From the NCBI GenBank assembly GCA_965214095.1, contig OZ243938.1, positions 992,001 to 1,056,000 on the forward strand: 64,000 nt of DNA, read 5' to 3'. The notes under the pieces are model-generated. The model worked only from the letters and a program-made list of their open reading frames with translations, was not told the DNA's origin and did not search any database. Every line of letters begins with the position of its first letter. Positions within the stretch are counted from its first letter, which is position 1. This document shows, piece after piece, positions 36,725-46,952 of this stretch. The translations under genes and the position numbers were made by a program. Source of the stretch: Candidatus Poribacteria bacterium. Its GTDB lineage: Bacteria; Poribacteria; WGA-4E; WGA-3G.

Positions 36725-37951
36725 ATGCCTTATTGTATTCGCATAATAGTGTTCATTAGTTTTCTACTTTTCATTAGCCATTTGCAACCTGTTTTTGCAC
36801 AGTTACAGGATGAATTCGGACCGGAATTACTACAGTTAGAACCACTTCCGCCAGAGACGACAGAACCAGCAAAACTGACAATAGATGCACGACTATCCAA
36901 TACCTATAACAATCACATTGAACTTGGACTAAGTGTTGATCCTTATACGAGCAGCCTTGCTGGTCAGGAAAGTCCAGAACTGCAAGGTTATATTAACCGA
37001 TTCGGTTTGGCCCTGATCGGCGATTTACCTGTTACTGGGGATAATCTCCGACTGAAAGTGCAGTATTCACCACAATTTGAAAATTACTCTGGTGAATCTG
37101 GAAAACTCAATGAGTTTGATTCTTTCACAGATGTGTCAACGACAGAACTGAGTTATCGTCCGTTTTCCAAACTACCAGAATTAGTGGCATCACATCAATT
37201 TCAACGTTTAACACGAACACTTGATGTCTATGACAATACCGAAAGGAATATTGGTTTTCGCATTGGACGTATATTTGAATATAATATGCGAATTCACAAT
37301 TTTGACGATACAACACAGTTGAGAGAGGATTTTCTATTGATCGGTTCTACCAGTCACAAGACAACTACTCGTCTGCAATTTGGTTTACTAAAGCAGATGT
37401 TAGCTAAAATGGAATATGCTGTAGAATATGGTCAATATGATACCAATTTGAACAATTTGATATTAGGTGTATCTGGACTGGAACCTGGAGAAAGCAGACT
37501 CGATTTGAGATATTCTGGTGGAATCAAATTGTTAGAAACAGTATCAGACCGTATTGTCTTTCAAGAGGAGGCAAATTTCTTTTCTAACCGTTCTAATGTA
37601 GATTTCTTCAACTTTTTTAGTATGGAAGCTGCTTTAAACGCATTTTACAAATTTGACACGGGACGTTGGCTTCGGTTAAGGTTTGCTCGTGTGTGGGTGC
37701 TATTTGATGGCAGACAGATTCGCGATGAGAATGGTAATATTTTGGATGGTAATATTTTGGAAGGTGCAGAAGAGCGGAGAGATACACAATATGGATTTAC
37801 TGCTGCGTTCAATTGGAGATTTTCTGGCAATCTATCGTTGAGTGCTGATTACCAATTCACACAGAACCGAACAAATGAATTAGATCCTATCCTTGATTTT
37901 CTTAACTATAATCATAGTATTGTTAGTGTTACATTGCGGGAAGTTTATTAG
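36725..37951 (+). CDS. Secreted hypothetical protein, probable outer-membrane beta-barrel
   Basis: Signal peptide; alternating amphipathic strands (LSLSADYQF, SIVSVTLREVY) ending in an aromatic residue. Confidence 0.6.
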   Translation: MPYCIRIIVFISFLLFISHLQPVFAQLQDEFGPELLQLEPLPPETTEPAKLTIDARLSNTYNNHIELGLSVDPYTSSLAGQESPELQGYINRFGLALIGDLPVTGDNLRLKVQYSPQFENYSGESGKLNEFDSFTDVSTTELSYRPFSKLPELVASHQFQRLTRTLDVYDNTERNIGFRIGRIFEYNMRIHNFDDTTQLREDFLLIGSTSHKTTTRLQFGLLKQMLAKMEYAVEYGQYDTNLNNLILGVSGLEPGESRLDLRYSGGIKLLETVSDRIVFQEEANFFSNRSNVDFFNFFSMEAALNAFYKFDTGRWLRLRFARVWVLFDGRQIRDENGNILDGNILEGAEERRDTQYGFTAAFNWRFSGNLSLSADYQFTQNRTNELDPILDFLNYNHSIVSVTLREVY

Positions 37952-38500
37952 TTGTCAACACATAATTTTAGATCTTCTTCAAATGTAATCAATTCCACAC
38001 ATTCTTGTATTGCTTTCATGATCTGCTCATTCTCAGTAGTTCCCCACAGCAGAAGATAATCAACATTGATAGATTGGCAATCAACGAATATGACATTTAT
38101 GGTGCTAACAGTACAAGCATTTATCGATTAGATTCGCATGGTAAATGGGAACAAATAGCATCAAATGTTCCACATAGTGCTATATTTTTAACAGTAAATA
38201 AGGATAATATTTATGTTGCTACTGGGCAGCATGGTATATTTCACACAATGATCAAAGAATAAACTCAAGGAATTAGAACTATCAAAAACTATGCTATGAA
38301 ATGCCAGTAAATTCCTGATACACAATTAGAATGGAAATATAATATGAATGAGAAATATAGATATAGAGACGTACACCTTAAGCCTAAAATTGCCAAAGAA
38401 CTTATTCAGATAGTATGCTCAGGTAAAACGGTTAGTAGACGTGAAATTGACAAAACAATCAAATGCTAGCAGACAATTTACAAATGAAGGAGATCATATC

Positions 38501-39148
38501 ATGTCTAAGAAGTTGGTTTTCATATTTGTTTCGGGAATTGTGCTATTTATAGGATTCAATGTGTATGTGTTTATCGTCTATCAAAATTTTAAAAAATCTA
38601 TGAGAGACACGGATATAGTCCTTATTAATAAAAGATCTAATAATGTTGTTAGCTCTGATAATCTAAGTGAGGCGGAAAAACAACTGCAACATATCAGAGA
38701 TCGCCCTGAAGAATGGGGAAATATATCTCAAAAGGCATCAAGACTTATTGAAATGTTACTTCCAGTGCCAGAATTTGATAATGAAGATCATTCAGAGAAT
38801 GCAATTCTATTGTTAGATGAACTTGCAGAATTACGTGATCCTCGCAGTGCAGAGGTATTTGTTAAATATTTTTTGTATAGCCATTGGGGTAGAAAACAAG
38901 AAGAAGCACTGATTGATATCGGTGTGCCTGCTATACCGCATTTGGTGGATTATCTCAATTCAAATGATTCGGGGAGAGAAATTGTAGTGTCAAGATTGCT
39001 GGGTATTATTACTTCTCAACACAAGAAAGAGTTGGGAGATATTGTGGATGAGATTATAGTGCCTGGATTGGGTCGTATGGCAAGGTCAAATGCAGATATA
39101 TATATTGAGGATAAAGTGCGTGAGGCGTTGGCATTGATTCAAAAGTAA
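38501..39148 (+). CDS. Membrane-anchored HEAT-repeat-like hypothetical protein
   Basis: AAGGAG RBS, N-terminal TM, LAELRDPRSAE and ALIDIGVPAIPHLV HEAT-like units. Confidence 0.7.
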   Translation: MSKKLVFIFVSGIVLFIGFNVYVFIVYQNFKKSMRDTDIVLINKRSNNVVSSDNLSEAEKQLQHIRDRPEEWGNISQKASRLIEMLLPVPEFDNEDHSENAILLLDELAELRDPRSAEVFVKYFLYSHWGRKQEEALIDIGVPAIPHLVDYLNSNDSGREIVVSRLLGIITSQHKKELGDIVDEIIVPGLGRMARSNADIYIEDKVREALALIQK

Positions 39149-39508
39149 ATTAGATTTGACATTATAGTTATTCGGAATAAGTCGTTTTGGACTTGAGAAG
39201 ATTTATAAATTGACCTTATGATAGTGCTCAAGGTAAAGAAGTCATGGCTTACGGAAAGCGAGAATATAGAACTGAAGTGCCAATGGTAATTCAGACCAAA
39301 AAATCAGCAAAGTTAAGACAAGTTTTTTCGTTAATGTATGATGCTTAAATCTACTAAAAGTTAAAATCAATATGGCATCCCTTTTTCTAAATTATATTAG
39401 ATTTTAGTTTTAGTAGGCAGGGATCCCCCATTGCTTTAAAAGGGATACCCGAAAGTGACAACAACGCCACACAACGTATACGTGTAGCAGACAATAAGGA
39501 AGTATAAG

Positions 39509-40192
39509 ATGATTCGCGACATTTTAACCAACAAATGGATTATCGGTGCTGCATTCCTACTGCTAATATTTGCGGGTGCGTGTTATCTGTATTACCAATA
39601 CACCACCGCGCACTATAAAGCAGCAACAACACAAGACGAGAAACTACTGGAACAGTGGAAAGCCGACAAAGCAAAACCACCAACACTAGCAAAAACAGAG
39701 TCAACACAAGCCCCTGCGGAAAGCATAACGCCAACCGCGGAGAAACCTACGCAGCAAACGGGAAATATCAAAGAAGTCAAAGTATCACCTTATGGTTTAG
39801 GTTCGTTTCCGAAAATACCAAAACATTCGCCTATACCACAAGATTGGTTTGATTATCCACGTAGTAGCAAAAGACAAGAAATCATGGCGCGTGTGATAGT
39901 AAAACTCTGGCAAGATGGAAAGCCCAATTATGGTGGAACAATGTCAAGTTCTACTGGATTGGTTTATCCAACTTTTCCAAATAGAATTATTGTTGAATGG
40001 GCAAGTAAGGATACGCCTTTTGGAACAATAAGGTATGCGACGAGAATAAGTTGGTGTCCTGAAGCAGAAGGATTCCAGCAACAAATGAAGGGTAAGACCA
40101 TCTATGAAGATGACTTTCCTTCTCACTTCAAAATTGTTGAACCTAAAGATGCAGGTATAGACCCGTATGAATATTTAGATTTGCCACGATAA
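39509..40192 (+). CDS. Hypothetical membrane-anchored protein
   Basis: AAGGA RBS; TM helix after MIRDILTNKW; Pro/Thr-rich linker; ends GIDPYEYLDLP. Confidence 0.75.
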   Translation: MIRDILTNKWIIGAAFLLLIFAGACYLYYQYTTAHYKAATTQDEKLLEQWKADKAKPPTLAKTESTQAPAESITPTAEKPTQQTGNIKEVKVSPYGLGSFPKIPKHSPIPQDWFDYPRSSKRQEIMARVIVKLWQDGKPNYGGTMSSSTGLVYPTFPNRIIVEWASKDTPFGTIRYATRISWCPEAEGFQQQMKGKTIYEDDFPSHFKIVEPKDAGIDPYEYLDLPR

Positions 40193-40205
40193 AGGAGATT
40201 TTATC

Positions 40206-40580
40206 ATGAAAAGATTGTCTGTATTTCTCATTCTCACACTTCTTGTTTGGACCCTGACCATCATTGCCCATGGATATAATAACGATGGCACGTATGAAGA
40301 TTAAGGTCCGCCCTTTAATTCAATAAATCGGTATGCTTATGATAGCGACGACACAGACACAGTGTGGAGTTACGCGTATACTCATGCACACGATGGCTTG
40401 TTTGGTCATACCGTCAGCTCAGGGAGTAATGTCTATTCTATCGAGGATTGGGATCTCTCCGGATCGTATGATGTAAATGCACGGCAAAACCAAGACTGGG
40501 TAAAAGAAGAAAATCGACGTGCAAGCCGACTCGGAAAAAGCCACTTGCTAACCGACATCCTACCAAAACGCGCCAATTAA
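40206..40580 (+). pseudogene. Secreted hypothetical protein with an in-frame stop
   Basis: AAGGAG RBS; signal peptide MKRLSVFLILTLLVWTLTIIA; TAA at 40302-40304; same frame continues into the 40362-40580 ORF. Confidence 0.55.
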
Positions 40581-40807
40581 TAATCCATCAGGTCACAGAT
40601 CACACCGTGTACATCAGGGAATATATAGAGATGTACTGTCAGTTGCATTTATTAAAAAACAATCTGGAATTCGGGAGTAACCCATTAACCGTGGAATGGC
40701 GACAGAAGGTAATATAGGTTGCTACCCGGCAATCCATCTTTGATACTTCAATAATTGGACATGATTTTACAAAAATCGAAGTAAATTTGCTAAGTCGTTC
40801 AAAAAAT

Positions 40808-40939
40808 AGGGTGTATAAAGTTTTTGGCATTAACTGCACAATTCATTGTAGGCGGGATCTCCGATTACCGACAGGTCGCGATTCGGAGATAGTTCCTATA
40901 GGATGTCTGTGTTCATTTGCCAAAAACTTTACACACCCT
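40808..40939. mobile_element. MITE-like shell (family D) containing a REPIN (40848-40900)
   Basis: AGGGTGTATAAAGTTTTTGGCA ... TGCCAAAAACTTTACACACCCT inverted ends; a collapsed relic lies at 30866-30892. Confidence 0.65.
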
Positions 40940-41069
40940 GCCCTTTGACAATCTTGCAGAAATCAATAATATATGCTAACATTGCAGAGAAGGATAGTGC
41001 GGGACATCTCTTTCATATTAATCCAGTGTTCTGATAGGTAGTTGGTTTATCAAGAAAGGAATTGTATTT

Positions 41070-42404
41070 ATGACATTAGAGCAGGTGAAATCATTTGTTG
41101 GTGAAAACGGGGTGGAGTTTTTCCTCTGTTCATTTGTAGAAATGAGTGGAACACCAAAAGCGAAGGTTATTCCTGCAACACACCTTCAGGATATGGCAAA
41201 AGATGGTGCAGGTTTTGGAGGATTTGCAGCTGGTGAGATAGGACAAGGTCCACATGATCCTGAGATGGCATGTATTCCTGACTTTAATTCACTGACAATC
41301 GTACCGTGGCGGAATAACTTAGCCTGGGTTGCTGGAGATATGTTTGTTGAAGGGAAATCATGGCACTATTGTCCACGAACTATTCTGCGAAACCAACTGG
41401 AAAAAGCAAAACAGAATGGATACATATTTAATGTTGGTATTGAAGCGGAATTCATGCTTTTGAAACAGGATGAAGGCGGACAATATCTACCTTGGGATAC
41501 ACTTGATAGTTTGGATAAACCGTGTTACGACTTAAAAGCGTTATACCGCAACCTTGATATGATGACAAGTTTGATAAAATACATGCAGGAATTGGGTTGG
41601 CAACCTTACGCCAATGACCATGAAGATGGCACATGTCAGTATGAAGTCAATTGGATATACTCCGATGCCTTGACAACTGCTGACCGACATACTTTCTTTA
41701 AATGGATGGTTAAAACGGTTGCTGAAGAACGTGGGTTGTTAGCGACATTTATGCCAAAACCTTTTACCAACCTAACCGGAAACGGTGCTCATTTTCACAT
41801 GAGCCTTTGGGATGAAGAAAATCATACAAATCTATTTCTTGATGAAAATGATACGAATGGTATATCTCAACTTGCGTATTGGTTCACGGGTGGTATTCTC
41901 AAACATGCACAAGCGATTACTGCGATTACAAATCCGCTTGTAAATAGTTACAAACGGTTAGTCCGAAGACCACCGAGATCGGGTGCATCTTGGGCACCGG
42001 TGTTTGTTACCTATGGTGCAAACAATCGTACACAGATGATTCGCATTCCTGCATCCGGACGCATTGAAAACCGATTAGGTGATGGTGCAGCAAATCCATA
42101 TCTTGCTGCAACTATACTCCTTGCTGCTGGTTTAGACGGTATTGACAACCAGATTGATCCGGGAGAGCAAAATGTGGACAATCTGTATGAGATTTCTGAA
42201 GAAGAATTGCAGCGGAGAGGCATTCATTCCCTACCTTCAACACTCAGTGATGCGATTGATGCCCTTGATGCCGATGATGTTATCAGAAACGCATTAGGAA
42301 CAGAATATGCTGACTATTATATTCGGGTAAAACGCGAAGAATGGCGTGACTACCATTTGAGTGTTAGCCAGTGGGAAACTGACAAATATATTGAAGTGTA
42401 TTAA
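41070..42404 (+). CDS. Glutamine-synthetase-like ligase, GlnT / gamma-glutamylmethylamide synthetase type
   Basis: GAGF.GFA, GIEAEF, PCYD..AL, YANDHED...Q.E.NW, TFMPKPF..LTGNG.H.H, GASWAP, NNRTQMIRIP, DGAANPYL. Confidence 0.88.
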   Translation: MTLEQVKSFVGENGVEFFLCSFVEMSGTPKAKVIPATHLQDMAKDGAGFGGFAAGEIGQGPHDPEMACIPDFNSLTIVPWRNNLAWVAGDMFVEGKSWHYCPRTILRNQLEKAKQNGYIFNVGIEAEFMLLKQDEGGQYLPWDTLDSLDKPCYDLKALYRNLDMMTSLIKYMQELGWQPYANDHEDGTCQYEVNWIYSDALTTADRHTFFKWMVKTVAEERGLLATFMPKPFTNLTGNGAHFHMSLWDEENHTNLFLDENDTNGISQLAYWFTGGILKHAQAITAITNPLVNSYKRLVRRPPRSGASWAPVFVTYGANNRTQMIRIPASGRIENRLGDGAANPYLAATILLAAGLDGIDNQIDPGEQNVDNLYEISEEELQRRGIHSLPSTLSDAIDALDADDVIRNALGTEYADYYIRVKREEWRDYHLSVSQWETDKYIEVY

Positions 42405-42568
42405 GTAATTTGGTTCAATGATTCTTGTAGTGGTAATTCATGATCCATTTAGGAAGGATTTCAAGTCCTGCAAATTATGAAATTTAGTGTTTACAGATTT
42501 CACTACATTCTTGTATATATAGTTATGTATGTTGATAAACAATTGGATAGACAACATGGAGGTTAAAT

Positions 42569-43300
42569 ATGTCTCAAATAAAATCAGTGTTATTGTGGGA
42601 AAACCAAAGGCGATATGTGCGTGAGGCGATAGATGCTGGCACTCTCAAAGGTGCCATTATTCCCACGGGCAGCACAGAACAACACAACGAACATTTAGCA
42701 ATGTATCACGATACACAAAGTGCTGTGTATGTATCAAAGTTAGCAGCAGAGAAGTTATACCCGCAGGTAATAGTAACAACGCCTTTAGCCATCGGTGTAT
42801 CGGAACATTGGATGGATCATAAAGGCACACTCACACTTCGTGCAGAGGTGTTCGGTGAGGTGCTATACGATGTTGCAGATAGCATGCGTCGACATGGTGT
42901 TGAAAACATCCTAATTGTCAATGGACATGCTGGGAATGCTGGACCAGTGCATCAACGGTTAGATGGTTACAGAGAAAAACTGGGAATCAATATTGCTTTT
43001 CATTCTTATTGGGAAGCATACTCTGGTGAGTTAGTCCAAGAACAGATGGAGTCCGGTATCTGTCCGGGGCACGCAGCAGAATTTGAAACTGCGTTTGCAC
43101 TTGCTGCTTTCGCAGAAAACGTTGATTGGAATGGTGTTGATTACGACAGTGCGAAACTCACTATTTCCAATGAAGGACAAGCAAAATCTGACAGAGAATA
43201 TCATCATCAGGCAAAACTTGCTACTTCAGAAAGTGGTCAGGTAATGATTGATGTTGCAGTGGACTGGGTTGCAGAAAAGATGCAAGAGATGTTGGCATAG
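42569..43300 (+). CDS. Creatininase/MftE family amidohydrolase
   Basis: IPTGSTEQHNEHL..HDT, GVSEHW...GTL, VNGHAGN, GHAAEFET. Confidence 0.9.
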   Translation: MSQIKSVLLWENQRRYVREAIDAGTLKGAIIPTGSTEQHNEHLAMYHDTQSAVYVSKLAAEKLYPQVIVTTPLAIGVSEHWMDHKGTLTLRAEVFGEVLYDVADSMRRHGVENILIVNGHAGNAGPVHQRLDGYREKLGINIAFHSYWEAYSGELVQEQMESGICPGHAAEFETAFALAAFAENVDWNGVDYDSAKLTISNEGQAKSDREYHHQAKLATSESGQVMIDVAVDWVAEKMQEMLA

Positions 43301-43354
43301 TTTTGGTTGTCAGCGGTCAGTTAAAGGGGGACTTTGTTGACCAGAGTCCTCTAT

Positions 43355-43388
43355 AACTGACAACTGACAACTGATGACTGACAACTGA
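43355..43388. repeat. Heptamer tandem repeat (AACTGAC)n between convergent genes
   Basis: AACTGACAACTGACAACTGATGACTGACAACTGA, with inverted units GTTGTCAG/GGTCAG at about 43306-43320. Confidence 0.7.
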
Positions 43389-43389
43389 T

Positions 43390-44178
43390 TTAATGTCCCT
43401 CAAGGGCTTTGCGTAATCCATCACCATGTTCGCGCCACCAACCGTAGAGAATAGATATATCTGTTCCGATACAGAAGTGTCTGACTCCCATATCAAGAAA
43501 TCGTTTTGCACCATCAGCACTACCAATCTCTGCCCGAGGCGGTACTCCCATCTTTAATGAGGTCTTGAACACTCTCTTCTCAGTTTCTTGGATTTCTGTA
43601 GAACCACGTTGACCAACCTTACCAATACTCATAGAATAATCTGAGCCACCCCACTGAATCATGTCAACACCTTCAACGGACAATACCTCTTCAAGATTGT
43701 CAACTGTCCCTTTCTTCTCAATCATAATAACAACGACGACATCTCGTAGTGCTTGAACATATTCTGGTCCGCCCCCATAACCCATATATGAGAATCTGCG
43801 CGTAGCAACACCGTAACTACCCCCATCTTCTGGCGTATCCGCTCGCGTAATTTTTACACACTCCTTCACATCTTCAACGTTTTGACAATCGGCATAGAGC
43901 ACACTCTGGAATCCAGAACCGATTGCGCGCTGTGCAATGAATCCCCGTGGTTCTTGGTCAACTTTTATCATCGTTGAAATATTATGGAGTTCAGCAGCTC
44001 TGCACAAATTATCTAAATCGTGTAGGTCAAATGGTCCGTATTCCCCAACAAATTCAACATAGTCATATAATCCTGTATGTCCAATTGCTTCAACGATGGA
44101 TGGCCAAGTTGTATGGATATGTGTTCCTACGGTTGGTTTGTCAGCATTAAGTAATTCACGAAAGGTATTTTTTCTCAT
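43390..44178 (-). CDS. HpcH/HpaI aldolase family protein
   Basis: GLYDYVEF.GEY, VIMIEK, VEGVDMIQWG..DYSMSIG, GVRHF.IGTD. Confidence 0.88.
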   Translation of the reverse strand: MRKNTFRELLNADKPTVGTHIHTTWPSIVEAIGHTGLYDYVEFVGEYGPFDLHDLDNLCRAAELHNISTMIKVDQEPRGFIAQRAIGSGFQSVLYADCQNVEDVKECVKITRADTPEDGGSYGVATRRFSYMGYGGGPEYVQALRDVVVVIMIEKKGTVDNLEEVLSVEGVDMIQWGGSDYSMSIGKVGQRGSTEIQETEKRVFKTSLKMGVPPRAEIGSADGAKRFLDMGVRHFCIGTDISILYGWWREHGDGLRKALEGH

Positions 44179-44353
44179 TAATTCCCTCAATAATTATGGT
44201 TTGATACAATCTGCAGTTTTGATGTTCCTGTATCTGAATGTCTCTATGTTAACAGTATTCCACACATTTTTCAACGAAAATACGTTTGCTAACGGTCGTA
44301 AAGTTTGTTAAACTGATAATGCATCGCATCTTGTAATATCACGGAGGAATCAC

Positions 44354-45139
44354 ATGAAAAGCTTGATTAAATTGCCTACAAATTTTGCAGATTATTTACA
44401 AATTGAAAACGCAGCGTTGCGTTTTAACGAAGCCACCGAAGTTGCTGAACATATTACGAGTGCAGGTGTAGAAATCTATCCAAACATGGATCACGCTGCC
44501 ATTTTTTGTGATCCACCTCACTGCGTCGCTGATGGTTTGAAACAACTCGGATATATAAATGGATGGGATGCGCGCTGTTATCCGTCTCCTGTTGATGGAT
44601 GTGACTATATCAATGTTTCTGCGCAGTTGTCCGCGGAGAGTCCTGCACGGAATGATGGTTGGTTTGACTACGTTGCTGTTGTGCATCCAGTGGACAAAAC
44701 CGCACTACAGCACATGCTTGGTCAGGGATATGGCAATCCGTTTATCCATCATCTGACATGGGGACTTCTGCCACCAGAACGTAATACACGAGATGATTTT
44801 GAATATGCAAACCATGTTGTTCCATTCATGGTTGAAAAACGAGAAGTTATCGGTAATGCAATTGGTGATGAACCTGGAACTCTAATAATCGCACTCCCAG
44901 AGAATGTGATTTCACATCCGAACTTTGAAGATGTGCTTCCAGAATGGATTGGTGATCTTGATACTGATGAATATCAGGTTGAATCGATGCAGGGTGGTGG
45001 TTTTCTTATTCAGTTTTTTGTATTGACAGGGGGCAGGATTGAAGTGGCGTTACGTGTTGATACTACGCAGACATTTAATCCAAAGAGTGTCCATAAGATA
45101 TCTGAAGACGAGATTAGTGCTGTGCAAGACGAAAAGTGA
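44354..45139 (+). CDS. Hypothetical protein, possible VOC/HPPD-like metalloenzyme
   Basis: GGAGG RBS; DH...IHHL...GFLIQFF...IE pattern resembles the HPPD C-terminal His/His/Glu site. Confidence 0.6.
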   Translation: MKSLIKLPTNFADYLQIENAALRFNEATEVAEHITSAGVEIYPNMDHAAIFCDPPHCVADGLKQLGYINGWDARCYPSPVDGCDYINVSAQLSAESPARNDGWFDYVAVVHPVDKTALQHMLGQGYGNPFIHHLTWGLLPPERNTRDDFEYANHVVPFMVEKREVIGNAIGDEPGTLIIALPENVISHPNFEDVLPEWIGDLDTDEYQVESMQGGGFLIQFFVLTGGRIEVALRVDTTQTFNPKSVHKISEDEISAVQDEK

Positions 45140-45254
45140 GATTATCACTTTGTCAGTTCACTTGGCGATAAGGGAATTTTGGTCTATACACTATAACATA
45201 AAATTCATACATTGGAAGGTTAGGAAAATATGACACGGAAGGAGGTCCTTTGTA

Positions 45255-45860
45255 ATGGTTTATAGCAATTTTACCTTAGAAACAGTTCGGAAGGAATTTC
45301 AGTTAGAAACGGTCCAGTCCATAGGCATTTTTGGGAATGTACAACCGGTGAGTCCGCGCGAACATTTTACATCAGATCTTGCCAAAAAGGTATCAGTAGC
45401 CTCTGCCGTAAACACAGAAAAGGCAAGGTCAGAACTGATTGTCGTAGATGTTCTGTTTGAGCTTCTTGAGCATTTTAATCAACGTATCAGTCTCTTTTCA
45501 GGCATTGAGTTCAACGTTGATGTGGAAGAGGGTTTGACCGGCGTGTGTGATTTTCTGATAAGCAAATCACCAGATCAACTCTCTTTAGAGGCACCCATTA
45601 TTATCCTTGTTGAGGCAAAGAAGGAAGATTTAACAGCAGGACTTGAACAGTGTGTTGCAGAAATGATCGCCGCACAACGTTATAACGCGGAAAAAGGGAA
45701 CGACATTCCCCGCATTTACGGCACTACCACATCAGGGACAGATTGGCGATTTCTTAAATTGGAGGAACTCACACTGCATATTGATACCGCACCCTACCAA
45801 ATCGTACAATGCGACAAAATCCTCGGCATCCTCGTGAGTATGGTAAAACAACAAGTATAA
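45255..45860 (+). CDS. Hypothetical PD-(D/E)XK restriction-endonuclease-like protein
   Basis: MVYSNFTL, NTEKARSELI, GLTGVCDF, LVEAKK, QCVAEMIAAQ, YG.TT.G..W.F. Confidence 0.75.
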   Translation: MVYSNFTLETVRKEFQLETVQSIGIFGNVQPVSPREHFTSDLAKKVSVASAVNTEKARSELIVVDVLFELLEHFNQRISLFSGIEFNVDVEEGLTGVCDFLISKSPDQLSLEAPIIILVEAKKEDLTAGLEQCVAEMIAAQRYNAEKGNDIPRIYGTTTSGTDWRFLKLEELTLHIDTAPYQIVQCDKILGILVSMVKQQV

Positions 45861-46010
45861 GGTATTCCAAGAAGTGAAAATCTAATTCGAGAGTGGGTCG
45901 TTGAACGAATTGCAGCAAGATAGACATGTAATAGTTTTATTTGGACGAAAACACGACTGGAACAATCTATGAAGATTGTTTCGTAACTCTAATCAATAGG
46001 AAAATGTAGA

Positions 46011-46247
46011 ATGGTCTATGTTATATGTTCGGCAGTGTTTATTGTAATCTGCTTAGGTTTTGTCTTCTGGACTAATTTATTTTCAACAAATGGAGAGGGC
46101 CCAACAGATGAAGGGGGCTGCCTTAATCTCATAGTTGGTTTATTTTTGGGTTGTTTTTTAGCAGTAATCGTTATTCTTTTTGCCGCTGCAGTCATCTTCT
46201 TCGTGACAGGTTGTATAAAATATGCAATCGAACTCATCAACCCATGA
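46011..46247 (+). CDS. Small membrane protein
   Basis: Two hydrophobic segments; AGGA upstream. Confidence 0.5.
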   Translation: MVYVICSAVFIVICLGFVFWTNLFSTNGEGPTDEGGCLNLIVGLFLGCFLAVIVILFAAAVIFFVTGCIKYAIELINP

Positions 46248-46258
46248 CACATAGAATT

Positions 46259-46846
46259 AGGGTTATTTATAGTGGAATTTACAATTAATAGGACACGCCT
46301 AAGAGGACGAGGTTACCTCGCCCCTACGGGACTTGTGGTACTGGCAAGTGCATTGAAATGTCTTCTTAATTCTAAACTTTACTATAGTTTTAAGAATTCG
46401 TGATTATTGATATTAACTTGTTGTTATAGTAAAACGGACAATTAATGAAACATATTGTCCCAATTGCCTATTCATATAATGTCCGAGGCGCAATGAATTG
46501 CGCGACTACAAACGCGTTTTTCTAAATGTAAATGTATTGTTAATTTCAAATTTCACTATAAGTCCCTGCATCGGTCTCATCACTGAATTTATTGGATATA
46601 TTGATTCTTGTCTGAACCAGGATTTACAGGATTGTTAGATTTACAGGATAAGAGTCTGAAACATCAAAGTGCCATCCAGAAAATAAACGTCAAACTGGGA
46701 ATAGGAACTTTGGAGTACCAAACGCATAATCCTGAAAATCTGTCCATCCTGAAAATCCTGGTTCAGACAAATAGGAATACAAACCCATACTGAATTTAAC
46801 GTTTGTGAATAATATTGAACAAAAATCCTAAAACTAAATATCCCTG
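46259..46846. mobile_element. Nested MITE complex: family A shell with two TA-flanked MITEs (46270-46384, 46427-46558) and the 163-bp element (46608-46770)
   Basis: Removing the two TA-duplicated inserts gives a sequence colinear with 60148-60485. Confidence 0.8.
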
Positions 46847-46865
46847 GCATTGACATTAGATAATC

Positions 46866-46894
46866 TTGACACCACCATAGAAATTTGGTATTAT
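46866..46894 (+). promoter_or_regulatory. Putative sigma70 promoter
   Basis: TTGACA-17 bp-TATTAT upstream of the GTPase gene. Confidence 0.6.
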
Positions 46895-46952
46895 GTAAGA
46901 GATGTTGTAATGTATTTTAAATGTATATGTAGACATAGATTCGGTGAACAAT

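Noticed and set aside
46608-46856. Small ORFs at 46608-46793, 46641-46856, 60382-60579, 30782-31090, 4847-5179 and 1645-1887
   Set aside because: They lie within MITE/REP repeats and are translation artefacts of the repeats
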